Origin: an uncultured Bacteroidia bacterium
Lineage (GTDB): Bacteria > Bacteroidota > Bacteroidia > Bacteroidales > ML635J-15
Assembly (NCBI GenBank): GCA_902791865.1
Contig: CADAXK010000013.1
Span: forward strand, 9,812 to 73,811
DNA: 64,000 nt
Direction: 5' to 3'
The translations under genes were made by a program, and so were the position numbers. The number at the start of each line of letters is the position of its first letter. Within the stretch, counting starts at the first letter, position 1. Under the pieces are notes generated by a model. The model saw only the letters and a program-made list of their open reading frames with translations, ran no database searches and was not told where the DNA came from. Below, in pieces: positions 17,996 through 27,524 of this stretch.

Positions 17996-18003
17996 AATAA
18001 ACC

Positions 18004-18152
18004 GTCATTCCACAAATCAGAACAATAACGCGATACGGAACGAGGAGCGTATATTGTTCGACTGTGCGGAATCCCCCATATAAAGGAGATTCCGCATAAA
18101 CAGGCTCACAAGGCTCGTTCCTACGCCTGTTCGCTTTGTTTTGCGGAATGAC
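18004..18152 (-). repeat. MITE-like foldback element, copy 3 (short form, inverted relative to copy 2)
   Basis: GTCATTCCACAA...TTGCGGAATGAC. Fills nearly the whole ompH-murI gap. Confidence 0.85.
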
Positions 18153-18164
18153 AACATTAAATAT

Positions 18165-18671
18165 TTATTTCTTTATTCCCAGCTTTGCCTTTACATCGTT
18201 GGTAATGTCGGTTGCATCGGGCGAAGTATATAGCAAAGTGGTCTTGTCGTAAACGTAGGTCAAACCTTGCTCGGAAGCCACAGCGGTTATCGCCTCCTTA
18301 ATCTTGTTTGTGATAGGTTCGAGCAAAGCAGCTTCACGGTTCTGCAAGTCGGTTTCGGCCTGCTGCTGGAAGTTCTGTATGCGCTGCTGCAACGACATGA
18401 TAGCTTCTTCCTTGTCCTGACGGATAAGTGCCGACCATGTATCCTTGTTTTCACTATATTCCTTCATCTTAGTCTCGTATTCCTTATACATTACCTGCAT
18501 CTGGTCTTCGAGTGTCTTTGCATAATCTTCTACTTCCTTGGTTGCAGCTGCCTTTTCGGGCATTTCACCGAAAATTGCCTGCACATCAACATGGGCGAAC
18601 TTTACTGCCTTCTGCGAAAACATCGACAGACAGCCTAAGCACAGCACCAACACTAAAATTATCCTTTTCAT
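18165..18671 (-). CDS. ompH: OmpH/Skp-family periplasmic chaperone
   Basis: Signal peptide, a coiled-coil-rich ~170 aa protein, and a position downstream of bamA. Confidence 0.85.
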   Translation of the reverse strand: MKRIILVLVLCLGCLSMFSQKAVKFAHVDVQAIFGEMPEKAAATKEVEDYAKTLEDQMQVMYKEYETKMKEYSENKDTWSALIRQDKEEAIMSLQQRIQNFQQQAETDLQNREAALLEPITNKIKEAITAVASEQGLTYVYDKTTLLYTSPDATDITNDVKAKLGIKK

Positions 18672-18700
18672 CTATTCTAAATTTAAAATGTTTCAAAAAA

Positions 18701-19213
18701 TTAATTCTTGTATCCCAATTTTCTAAGAACCTCATCGCTCTTGTCGTGACGCGGGTCGGTATAAAGCATGTTGAGGTTGTTTGCGGTGTCGAATATTACA
18801 GCATAATTGCCTTCTGTTGCAATTTCCTTTATTGCATTGTAAATGTCGTCCTGGATGGGCTTTATAAGTTCCTCACGCTTCTTGTAGAGCATTCCGCTTT
18901 CACCAAAATACTTCTGCTGCAACTGCTTGAGTTCCTGCTCCTTTTTCATAATCTCATCTTCACGTTTTGCACGAAGTTCCTCGGTCAAGAGAATCCTTTC
19001 AGACTGGTAGTTCTGATACATCTGGTCGATTGACGACTTCTTGGCATCGATTTCCTTCTTCCACTCTTTTGTAAGGTCCTCCAACTGAGTTTTTGCCGAT
19101 TCGTAAACCGGAATATTGTTCAGTATGTATTCGGTATCAACGTATGCGTACTTTTGACTGAATGCAAATGTCGCAAACAAAATGGCTACTGCAAGTAAAA
19201 TAATTCGTTTCAT
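18701..19213 (-). CDS. ompH: OmpH/Skp-family periplasmic chaperone
   Basis: Same evidence as the previous gene. This is the tandem pair typical of Bacteroidota. Confidence 0.85.
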   Translation of the reverse strand: MKRIILLAVAILFATFAFSQKYAYVDTEYILNNIPVYESAKTQLEDLTKEWKKEIDAKKSSIDQMYQNYQSERILLTEELRAKREDEIMKKEQELKQLQQKYFGESGMLYKKREELIKPIQDDIYNAIKEIATEGNYAVIFDTANNLNMLYTDPRHDKSDEVLRKLGYKN

Positions 19214-19262
19214 ATTCCTTAATTTTTAAGTTTCTAGTTTCTAAGTTTCTTTGCCGTTTCTT

Positions 19263-19290
19263 GTAGAATCGCGCCATGGCACGATTCTAC
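19263..19290. repeat. REP-like palindrome (GTAGAATCGCGCCATGGCACGATTCTAC)
   Basis: 28-nt palindrome between bamA and ompH. Preceded by GTTTC units at 19229..19260. Confidence 0.85.
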
Positions 19291-19369
19291 TACAAGAATT
19301 CGGCAAAGTTAATTCAAAAATTTCATTTATAACATACCAAGGCGCTTGTCATTGCAATAATCATTCCAT

Positions 19370-21880
19370 TTAGAAATTCTGTCCAATTACAAAGTGGAAC
19401 TGACTGCCGTTTGCACTCGGGTTTCCAGGAACCTCATCGAAACCATAACCCCAGTCGACACCAATAAGGCCAATCATCGACATGTAAACCCTCACACCTA
19501 CACCAGCAGAACGTTTGACATCAAACGGACGGAAATTTTCGATTGAATACCAGCAGTTACCAGCCTCTGCAAATGCAATGGCATAGAACGTAGCATTTGG
19601 ATTAAGCGACATAGGGTAACGAAGCTCTATCGTATATTTGTTATAAACATAACCGTTTGATGCTGGTGTAAGCGACTGGTTGGAATAACCTCTCAAACCT
19701 ATGTTCTCGGCTCCATAAAGGTTATATCCGTAAAGTCCATCTCCACCAAGCTGGAAATACTCGAATGGCGATTTACCGACGTTCTTGTTGTACATTCCAA
19801 GCAAACCGAACTCTGCCTTAGTAACAAGCACCAAAGCCCTCGAGCTACCGTCCTTCGAACCGAACAATGTGGTAAACCATTTTGCCGAAGCCTTATATTT
19901 ATGGTATTCTATCCACTTGTAGCGCTCCTGCATTGTCATGTTTTGATCGGTGTAATCCTTGCCGTTCATATATGAAAATGGCGGTGTTAACTCGGCGGAT
20001 ACCGAGAACTCGGAACCCATGGTCGGGTAAATAGGATTTGGTCCCGACGATGAACGGCCAAACACAGCCTTGAACGACAAGTTATTTGATACTCCCTTGT
20101 CGAATATCATAGAATAGCCTTCGTAGTTGTTAATGTTGTAACGCTTATACGCCAATTCGAGGTACAAAGTGAAATAATCGTCGGGAACTTGCAAGCGTTG
20201 TCCCAAACCTATACCGGCACCAGTGACCTTGAATGTTTTTCTGTCTTCCTTCGCCTCTTCGGTGCTCTTATACTGCCTTACATTTGAATGGTATACCGAC
20301 ACCGAGAATGAATTTGGCTTACGTCCGCCAAACCAAGGATCGACAAACGAGAAACTATAGTTCTGATACCACAAACCACTTGCCGAGGCCTGAATCGACA
20401 ACCTTTGTCCATCGCCCGATGGCAAAGGACGATACGATTTGGCATTGAATATGTTGCGCAAGGAGAAATTGGTAAATGTAACGCCAAGTGTTCCCACGAA
20501 CATTCCCGAACCATAACCGCCAGAAACTTGAATCTGGTCGGATGGCTTTTCTTCTACCGTATATTCCAAATCAACGGTTCCAGAAACTGGATCGGGATCA
20601 AAATCAACATTAAGCTTTTCCGGATTGAAATAACCAAGTTGAGCAAGCTCACGGATTGTACGCTGTACTTCGGAACGGTTGTACAGGCTTCCGGGGCTAG
20701 TACGGATTTCACGCATAATCACATGGTCGTTGGTACGGGTGTTGCCTACTAGCGTAACACGGTTTACTGTTGCCTGCTTGCCCTCGTATATTCGCATTTC
20801 CAGGTCTATTGAATCGTTCTCCACCAGCACCTCTACGGGTTGCGCATTTGAGAACAAGTAGCCGTTATCCTGATACAAAGCCATTACACCCATAGGGTCA
20901 TAAAGCAATTTCTCGTCAAGTATCTTGCTGTTGTACACATCGCCCTTCTTTATTCCAAGCACATGCGACAATTGTTCTGACGAATACTTAGTATTGCCAA
21001 GCCAGCTGATATTGCGGAAATAGAACTTATGTCCTTCATCTATACCAATATAAACATTTATGGTCTTTTCATCGTATGGTGAAATAGAGTCGTAGGTAAT
21101 TATTGCATCACGGAAACCATCCTCGTTATACTTCTCGATTATCTTCTTCTTGTCGTCGGCATAATTCTTCGGAATAAATTTCGATGCCTTGAAGATATTA
21201 TACCATGTCTTCTGTTTTGTTTCCTTCATCTTACGACGAAGTTTCGCATCCTTTATCGAATTGTTACCATCGAAAATAATCTTGTTGATCTTTATCCTAT
21301 TGTTCTTATGAACATCGAAAACCAATGTCACGCTATTCGCAAGACTGGAATCCACTTCCTCGGTAATATTCACATCAGTATTGAAAAATCCCTTATCAAT
21401 ATAGTAGTCCTTAATGTACTTTTCGGCCGAAAGCTTCATGTTTTCGGTAACCTGTGAACCCTTGGTGAGTTTAATCTGTTCGCGTATGTCATCGGCTTCG
21501 CCCTTCTTTACGCCCTTGAACGAGAATTTCGACAATCGCGGACGCTCCTCAAGGTATATGTCGAGAAAAATCTTGTCGCCTATTGTATTTGTAACAGAAA
21601 TCTTAACATCGGAAAATAAGCCCTGCTCCCACAATTTCTTTATTGCATCGGCAATCTCCTCGCCAGGTACAGATATTTTCTTTCCAATTTCAAGTCCAGT
21701 AAGATAAAGAAGTACATTGTGGTCGAGATATTGCACACCGGAAATAGTCACACCGCCTATTTCGTATTCCTTAGGTGATAAATAATTTATCTTGTCGCCA
21801 CTTGAATATATGTTATTTTGAGCAGTCGCTACAGAAACAACGGCAGCAAAAAGTATTAATATCAAAACAAATCTTCTCAT
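19370..21880 (-). CDS. bamA: Outer membrane protein assembly factor BamA
   Basis: 836 aa with POTRA repeats followed by a beta-barrel ending ...QFHFVIGQNF. Conserved synteny with uppS and ompH. Confidence 0.95.
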   Translation of the reverse strand: MRRFVLILILFAAVVSVATAQNNIYSSGDKINYLSPKEYEIGGVTISGVQYLDHNVLLYLTGLEIGKKISVPGEEIADAIKKLWEQGLFSDVKISVTNTIGDKIFLDIYLEERPRLSKFSFKGVKKGEADDIREQIKLTKGSQVTENMKLSAEKYIKDYYIDKGFFNTDVNITEEVDSSLANSVTLVFDVHKNNRIKINKIIFDGNNSIKDAKLRRKMKETKQKTWYNIFKASKFIPKNYADDKKKIIEKYNEDGFRDAIITYDSISPYDEKTINVYIGIDEGHKFYFRNISWLGNTKYSSEQLSHVLGIKKGDVYNSKILDEKLLYDPMGVMALYQDNGYLFSNAQPVEVLVENDSIDLEMRIYEGKQATVNRVTLVGNTRTNDHVIMREIRTSPGSLYNRSEVQRTIRELAQLGYFNPEKLNVDFDPDPVSGTVDLEYTVEEKPSDQIQVSGGYGSGMFVGTLGVTFTNFSLRNIFNAKSYRPLPSGDGQRLSIQASASGLWYQNYSFSFVDPWFGGRKPNSFSVSVYHSNVRQYKSTEEAKEDRKTFKVTGAGIGLGQRLQVPDDYFTLYLELAYKRYNINNYEGYSMIFDKGVSNNLSFKAVFGRSSSGPNPIYPTMGSEFSVSAELTPPFSYMNGKDYTDQNMTMQERYKWIEYHKYKASAKWFTTLFGSKDGSSRALVLVTKAEFGLLGMYNKNVGKSPFEYFQLGGDGLYGYNLYGAENIGLRGYSNQSLTPASNGYVYNKYTIELRYPMSLNPNATFYAIAFAEAGNCWYSIENFRPFDVKRSAGVGVRVYMSMIGLIGVDWGYGFDEVPGNPSANGSQFHFVIGQNF

Positions 21881-21884
21881 CCCT

Positions 21885-22634
21885 CTACTTTTTTACTTGT
21901 TCACTTGTTTTTCCGAATCTGCGTTCACGGTTTTGATAGCTGATCAATGCCTTATACAATTCCTCACGGCTAAAGTCGGGCCATAACACATCGGTAAAGT
22001 ATAACTCACTGTATGCCAGCTGATACAATAGGAAATTGCTAATTCTTGACTCTCCGCTGGTTCTAATCATCAGTTCCGGATCGGGAGTTCCATCGGTTGA
22101 CAGATAATGAGAGAACATACTATCGCAAATATCATCTGGAGAAATCTTTCCTTCGACACAATCTCTTGCAATTTTTCTAGCCGACTCAACAATATCCCAT
22201 CTGCCACTGTAGCTCAACGCAACTATAAAGTCCAACTTAGTGTTATCCTTTGTTCTTTCTATGACATAGGCGACCTTTTCGCGCAAGTACTTTGGCAATC
22301 TGTCCATCTCGCCAATCATCTTTACGCGAACGCCGTTCTTCATCATGTTTTCGATTTCGTCGTCGATAGCAGTCGAGAGAAGCCCCATTATTCCGCTAAC
22401 CTCATCGGCAGGCCTACTCCAGTTTTCTGTCGAGAAAGCATATACAGTAACGTATCTTATGCCCAAATCACCGGCGGCATTGAGGATTTCCTTAACAGTC
22501 TTTACTCCATTCTTATGACCGAACAGCCTTATCATACCGCGCTTTTTAGCCCAGCGACCATTCCCATCCATTATGAATGCGACATGTTGCGGAAGTTTTG
22601 TCCTGTCTATTTGCTCCAGTAGGTTCATTGTCAT
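21885..22634 (-). CDS. uppS: Isoprenyl transferase (undecaprenyl-diphosphate synthase)
   Basis: HVAFIMDGNGRWA...RTSGE.RISNFLL motifs. Confidence 0.95.
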   Translation of the reverse strand: MTMNLLEQIDRTKLPQHVAFIMDGNGRWAKKRGMIRLFGHKNGVKTVKEILNAAGDLGIRYVTVYAFSTENWSRPADEVSGIMGLLSTAIDDEIENMMKNGVRVKMIGEMDRLPKYLREKVAYVIERTKDNTKLDFIVALSYSGRWDIVESARKIARDCVEGKISPDDICDSMFSHYLSTDGTPDPELMIRTSGESRISNFLLYQLAYSELYFTDVLWPDFSREELYKALISYQNRERRFGKTSEQVKK

Positions 22635-23407
22635 TTGTCGTGTTTCTTATAATATGCAGGACAACCTAGTCCACCGATTTTAAAAGTATATGATATTCCC
22701 ACAAGCGCAACCGAATACCAGTCGTTAGTATATCTGAACCCGAGTTGCTTCCTATTTACATCTTCTGTCAATGCAGTTCCGTATGCAGTCTGATAATCTC
22801 TTTTTATATCCTCGTTGGTAATGCCGTCAATCCTATCGGACAATGTCCAGCGGAAAGCCCATTCCACGCTCAGCACAAGTCTAGGAAGGATATTCTTCTT
22901 GAATCCGAAACCAAACGGCAATGCCATCGTGAAGAAATCCTCGTCGTCAGCCGTTTTCCCAATAAATGTTCCAGCTACACCAACCTGCAAATATGGGGTA
23001 AAGCTATTTCGTGAAACATCGCCATACAGATACGGGAGAAAATTAATTTCCAATTGTGCAGATATTTCGTTGAGCGACACATTGAACGACTTATTGCGCA
23101 CCTGCTGAAATACGTTATTGAAATCGGCATCATTTCCAACGAGCATCGAGTTGAAATAACCGAGCCTCAAATCGAATCTGTTACTGAAATGGAACTTTAT
23201 CGATGCGCCTATGTTATGTCTAGGATGATAGAATTGCCTTACATAGTTTATATCGCCCATGTAGTACGAAACACCGCCGTTGAAACCGATTTCCAATCCG
23301 TACTGTGCCTTGACAGACAATGCCGAGAATAAAAAAACAAAAGACAGTAACGATGTTACCGTCATTTGTTTTAGATGTTTATATGTGCTACTCTTTTGCC
23401 TATCCAT
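22631..23407 (-). CDS. Outer-membrane beta-barrel protein (DUF6089-like)
   Basis: Signal peptide, alternating beta-strand pattern, and the conserved position upstream of uppS in Bacteroidota. Confidence 0.65.
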   Translation of the reverse strand: MDRQKSSTYKHLKQMTVTSLLSFVFLFSALSVKAQYGLEIGFNGGVSYYMGDINYVRQFYHPRHNIGASIKFHFSNRFDLRLGYFNSMLVGNDADFNNVFQQVRNKSFNVSLNEISAQLEINFLPYLYGDVSRNSFTPYLQVGVAGTFIGKTADDEDFFTMALPFGFGFKKNILPRLVLSVEWAFRWTLSDRIDGITNEDIKRDYQTAYGTALTEDVNRKQLGFRYTNDWYSVALVGISYTFKIGGLGCPAYYKKHDK

Positions 23408-23451
23408 ATTGGATATAACGAAGAATCATCACAAATATTTTTAAAATTATC

Positions 23452-24375
23452 TTAAAATTTCGATCTACCTCTACGAACCGAGAACAACTTATATGTTGCC
23501 TTTATTGTAAGGAACATATATGCATCGTTAAATTTGCTGTCGCCACGCTGTTCTCCAGCACCAACCCTATATTTGCTGTCTGGGTTACTAAAGTAACGTG
23601 CGATGGGATCTTCGAAAATGTCCGGATCTACGTATGTGCTGCTAACATCATCAATATAATCGGTAAGCGTGTAGCGGAATCCGAAGTCGAAACCAATACC
23701 CCAGCTCTTTGTAATCATGCAGTTCATTCCAACACCAAACGGTATAGACATTTGGATTCTGCTATACTTCTGACGAGTTGGCACATAACCCTGACCTTCG
23801 GTTCCCAGTGGTTGCAACGAGTACCACTTGCCATAATTAGGATCCGATTCATCCGGATTACCACTGGCATCTTTAGGAAGGTACTGTGCTCTAGGATTGA
23901 AATAGAAACCACCTACACCCGCAAAGATGTACAAGTTTGGCATAGCTCTCTTGCCTCTTGCTCTCTTGATATTGTAGCGATGTCCAAGTCTTTCGCGAAG
24001 AATCGAGAATTCAACAACTTCACTCAATTCAATAATCGGAGAACGGAAACTTAAGTTTCGTCCATTACGTGCATATTCTGGAGTAAATTCGTCACTACCA
24101 TACACGCGACCATAATAAATGCCAGTACGCAAAGCAAACCTATCGCTAAGTTTATAACCATATCCAGCCATAAACGCCCAGCGGTTTGCCTGAATGTCGA
24201 AGTCCTTCACGAAATGAGAACCAACACCCTTGCCACCACCAAGGTCACCCATAAATGCGGCAGTGCCAGCTCCGAAAACCAATTCATGCCTGTATCTCCT
24301 CCAGTCTCCTGTCTGTGCGACGACAGAAATCGTCACAAAAGCCAGAAAAATCGTCAAGACTGCAAATCTTCTCAT
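23452..24375 (-). CDS. Outer-membrane beta-barrel protein (DUF6089-like, second copy)
   Basis: Signal peptide, beta-barrel-like alternation, and a C-terminal aromatic residue (F). Confidence 0.55.
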   Translation of the reverse strand: MRRFAVLTIFLAFVTISVVAQTGDWRRYRHELVFGAGTAAFMGDLGGGKGVGSHFVKDFDIQANRWAFMAGYGYKLSDRFALRTGIYYGRVYGSDEFTPEYARNGRNLSFRSPIIELSEVVEFSILRERLGHRYNIKRARGKRAMPNLYIFAGVGGFYFNPRAQYLPKDASGNPDESDPNYGKWYSLQPLGTEGQGYVPTRQKYSRIQMSIPFGVGMNCMITKSWGIGFDFGFRYTLTDYIDDVSSTYVDPDIFEDPIARYFSNPDSKYRVGAGEQRGDSKFNDAYMFLTIKATYKLFSVRRGRSKF

Positions 24376-24423
24376 GTTTTATTAATAATTCTAAAAGTAT
24401 AACATTCAACAAGTTACATGCGG

Positions 24424-25314
24424 TTAGTTCCTTAAATCAACGCCCCACATGAGTTTTTCTCTAAGGGTGCAAAAATATGTATTTTTAAATAGATTTACAA
24501 AATTAATGTAAAAATTTGCACGCCTAACTAAAATTTGTTTCAAATTTTTTATCGAATACGACTTGTAATCCAGTGATGCTAAGACACTTCCCTCGTTAGA
24601 ATCGACCGAAATTTTTATTTCAGAATCGGCAGAAATTACCAAAGGACGAACGGTAAGATTGTGGTTGGCAATCGGCGTTATAAGCATGACATCCGATTGC
24701 GATGTTATGATTGGTCCTCCGCAACTTAGGGAATATGCCGTAGAGCCTGTAGGTGTTGATACGATTAAACCATCACACCAATATGTATTGATGTAGTTGT
24801 CGTCGGCCGAAACCTTGATTTTTATCATGCTCAGGCGCGACTTCTTAAGTATCGAGAAATCGTTGAGACAAAAGTTAATATCTCCATAGAACGGAGTTTC
24901 GGCTGACACATCAAGAAGCATCCTTTTTTCGATGGTATAATCGTGATTCCTGAGTTGTTCGATTGCCTTTGCAATGTTCTGGGAATTGACATACGACAAG
25001 AAACCAAGCCTTCCCGTGTTTATGCCGAGCATTGGAATTCCCGACGCACCTACAAAAGTCGCCGATTCGAGGAAGGTGCCGTCTCCTCCGACACTAAGCA
25101 TAAAGTCAAACTTAACATCTTCTGGCAATCGGTCGGAATACAAGCCTTTGACTTCTGGTTTGAACAGAGTCTTCTCGACCATGAAGTTGTAGAACTTCTC
25201 GTTGACATACACATCCATTTCGTTTTCCTTCAGCAGTTCGAACAACTGTATAAGCATTCCACTGAAACTATTTCCAAAGTTCCGTCCATGAATCGCTATA
25301 TTCATCCTTTCCAT
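24424..25314 (-). CDS. nadK: NAD kinase
   Basis: GGDGTFL motif and PTGSTAYSLSCGGPI. Confidence 0.92.
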   Translation of the reverse strand: MERMNIAIHGRNFGNSFSGMLIQLFELLKENEMDVYVNEKFYNFMVEKTLFKPEVKGLYSDRLPEDVKFDFMLSVGGDGTFLESATFVGASGIPMLGINTGRLGFLSYVNSQNIAKAIEQLRNHDYTIEKRMLLDVSAETPFYGDINFCLNDFSILKKSRLSMIKIKVSADDNYINTYWCDGLIVSTPTGSTAYSLSCGGPIITSQSDVMLITPIANHNLTVRPLVISADSEIKISVDSNEGSVLASLDYKSYSIKNLKQILVRRANFYINFVNLFKNTYFCTLREKLMWGVDLRN

Positions 25315-25323
25315 CCTACCAAA

Positions 25324-26712
25324 TTAAAATTTCTTATAAATAGGTGTCCTATAGTCAACAAAAAATCCAACAAAATTAAAGTTCCCATTATATGCCGCAT
25401 ACACCTTCAGTACACGGTCATAGTAAGTTTCGAAGCTCAAACCAGCGCCAGCCGAATATATAGGCTTCTGAGCCAAAGGGTTCTCTGCTTCAAAATCGGA
25501 TGCAAAATTACTACAATACGCTAAATCGGCAAACAAATCAACATAAATTTGAATATATGGATTTCGGAATTTTGCCGGTATCCATTTAGGCAACATAAAA
25601 TCACGCCTGTTAAGGATTTTGATGCTGAAAGTATTCTGCAAGGCAGAAAAATTCCTACCTAATATATAATAGTACTCGAACCCGCGGATAATGTTATCAC
25701 TGCAAAGGTCAATGCGCTTGTTTACAGGAACCTCGTCGTACGAACCGATGAACTGTCGGTGCGAAATAGATCCATGGTAAAAAATCCGACTACGATAAAT
25801 GCTTGTATTGTACTCTAAGCCAAGGCTTGCAAATGCAAAAGACGATGATTCAAGTTCGGAAAAAACATCCACATCCATTTTGGCATGTATTCCCGATGTA
25901 GGACATACCTTGCTGTCGCGATTGTCGTAGTCGAAAGCAAAGGAAGGAACAATAAAATTCTGCACCGACCTGCCTTCAGGTGCTAGCAATGTGTCACGAC
26001 TTATAATGTTCTGATACGCAAGCGACAACGAAAAATCGTAGTTGACACTAGGGCGGAACACATATCCAATTCCCGCATCAAACATTCGGCGGATATATAC
26101 ATTTTCATTTTCGGCATACACAGGCTTGCATTCGGCAATGCTTGCAATATCCTTCTTCTGCCTGAAATATTCCACTTTAGCCCAAACACCGCTGCGTCTG
26201 TTGCGACCTATGTTTGGCTTCTGGTACGAAACGGCATAATGCTCCTTGTAGCCAAGCCTCAACTTGAAGTTTAGCATTTCGTTGCGCCCGCGAAAGTTGA
26301 GCCAATCGAAAGCCACACCATAATTTATCTTTCTGTAGTCCTTGTAATGGAAATAAGATGTAAGGTTGCGGTCGGCAATCTCAAGAATCGGGTATACCCA
26401 ATAGTACCAACGTTCCACAACATTCACATTTACTGTTATTGCGTCGGTGCTATCGGCTTGCGAAGACGACACTTCTATATTGTTGAACAACATAAGGCGA
26501 TGCAGATTGTCAGCGAAGTTCCGCAGTTCGGATTCCAGATTGTCTTCGGGCAGGCTATCACCTGCTTTGCATCTAAATTCGCGTAGAATTGTCTGAGGTT
26601 TAGTTTTTTCGTTACCAGAAATCGTAATGTCGGCTATGTGCAGATACCTTTCCTGCGCAAGCGCAACAACCGAACAAACAAAAAAAACTACCGACAGCAA
26701 AACCGCTCTCAT
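25324..26712 (-). CDS. BamA/TamA-family outer membrane protein (single POTRA plus barrel)
   Basis: The N-terminal ITISGNEKTKPQTILREF is POTRA-like. The C-terminal barrel ends in F. Confidence 0.7.
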   Translation of the reverse strand: MRAVLLSVVFFVCSVVALAQERYLHIADITISGNEKTKPQTILREFRCKAGDSLPEDNLESELRNFADNLHRLMLFNNIEVSSSQADSTDAITVNVNVVERWYYWVYPILEIADRNLTSYFHYKDYRKINYGVAFDWLNFRGRNEMLNFKLRLGYKEHYAVSYQKPNIGRNRRSGVWAKVEYFRQKKDIASIAECKPVYAENENVYIRRMFDAGIGYVFRPSVNYDFSLSLAYQNIISRDTLLAPEGRSVQNFIVPSFAFDYDNRDSKVCPTSGIHAKMDVDVFSELESSSFAFASLGLEYNTSIYRSRIFYHGSISHRQFIGSYDEVPVNKRIDLCSDNIIRGFEYYYILGRNFSALQNTFSIKILNRRDFMLPKWIPAKFRNPYIQIYVDLFADLAYCSNFASDFEAENPLAQKPIYSAGAGLSFETYYDRVLKVYAAYNGNFNFVGFFVDYRTPIYKKF

Positions 26713-27371
26713 ATCTTCATGTAGTTCATTAGCAGTTCGTACCTTTCGCGATAGAAATCGTCGATCTTGTTGCTTCCCGAGAAAAATGTATTCACCTTGT
26801 AGCCATAACGTTCGAGCGACTTCACCACAGGCGATATTTCCGCCATATTCAATACAAGCGTCACATCTATTCGAGTAGAATCCTCATATTCCGTCACATA
26901 CGACGAAATCAGCTTTGCATTTTCCGACTCTACAATCCGTGCAATCTCCGACATCGAATAGTCGTGTACGCCCATCTCGAGGACAAGCACAGCGCCTTTC
27001 GACTGCACATTTGTAATCTTTGCCACGGCGTCAAGCAAATTTTGCGAAGTTATTGCGCCAAGATATTTACGGTCAGCATTTACAACTGGGACTATCGGCA
27101 CAGAAAAATGAGTTGCTATAGCCAGCACATCAAGTATATGCTGAGTTGACAGTACATACGGAGTCCTCATAACGCCAAACTCCGACAATTTTTCCTCTAA
27201 CAAGTTCTTGTCGTATAGTTCGTCTTCCGAAACCACACCTATATATATATCGTTCTCGACAACCGGCAGATGCGACATCTTGAAAGTGTCCATCAGCGAC
27301 AGCACGCGCGAACATGTGTAGTCGGGTGTAACATACGGAATCGAGGTGTCTATGTAGTTTTCAGCGGTCAA
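26709..27371 (-). CDS. CBS-domain protein
   Basis: Two CBS-like units (HLPVVENDIYIGVVSEDEL; VPIVPVVNADRKYLGAITSQNLL). Conserved neighbour of nadK. Confidence 0.8.
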   Translation of the reverse strand: MTAENYIDTSIPYVTPDYTCSRVLSLMDTFKMSHLPVVENDIYIGVVSEDELYDKNLLEEKLSEFGVMRTPYVLSTQHILDVLAIATHFSVPIVPVVNADRKYLGAITSQNLLDAVAKITNVQSKGAVLVLEMGVHDYSMSEIARIVESENAKLISSYVTEYEDSTRIDVTLVLNMAEISPVVKSLERYGYKVNTFFSGSNKIDDFYRERYELLMNYMKI

Positions 27372-27488
27372 AATCTATTGCATTAAAAATGAAAGTGCAA
27401 AGATAAAGCAAAATGATTTACGAATTACGATTTTAGATTTACGAATTATGTTTCTTTAAGTCTTCATTGCCATTCCAAAACTTTATTG

Positions 27489-27496
27489 TAAATTTG
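27489..27496 (+). promoter_or_regulatory. Candidate -7 box (TAAATTTG)
   Basis: TAnnTTTG, 29 nt upstream of the ATG at 27525. Confidence 0.4.
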
Positions 27497-27524
27497 TGCA
27501 TCAATTTATAATTCATTACCGAAA

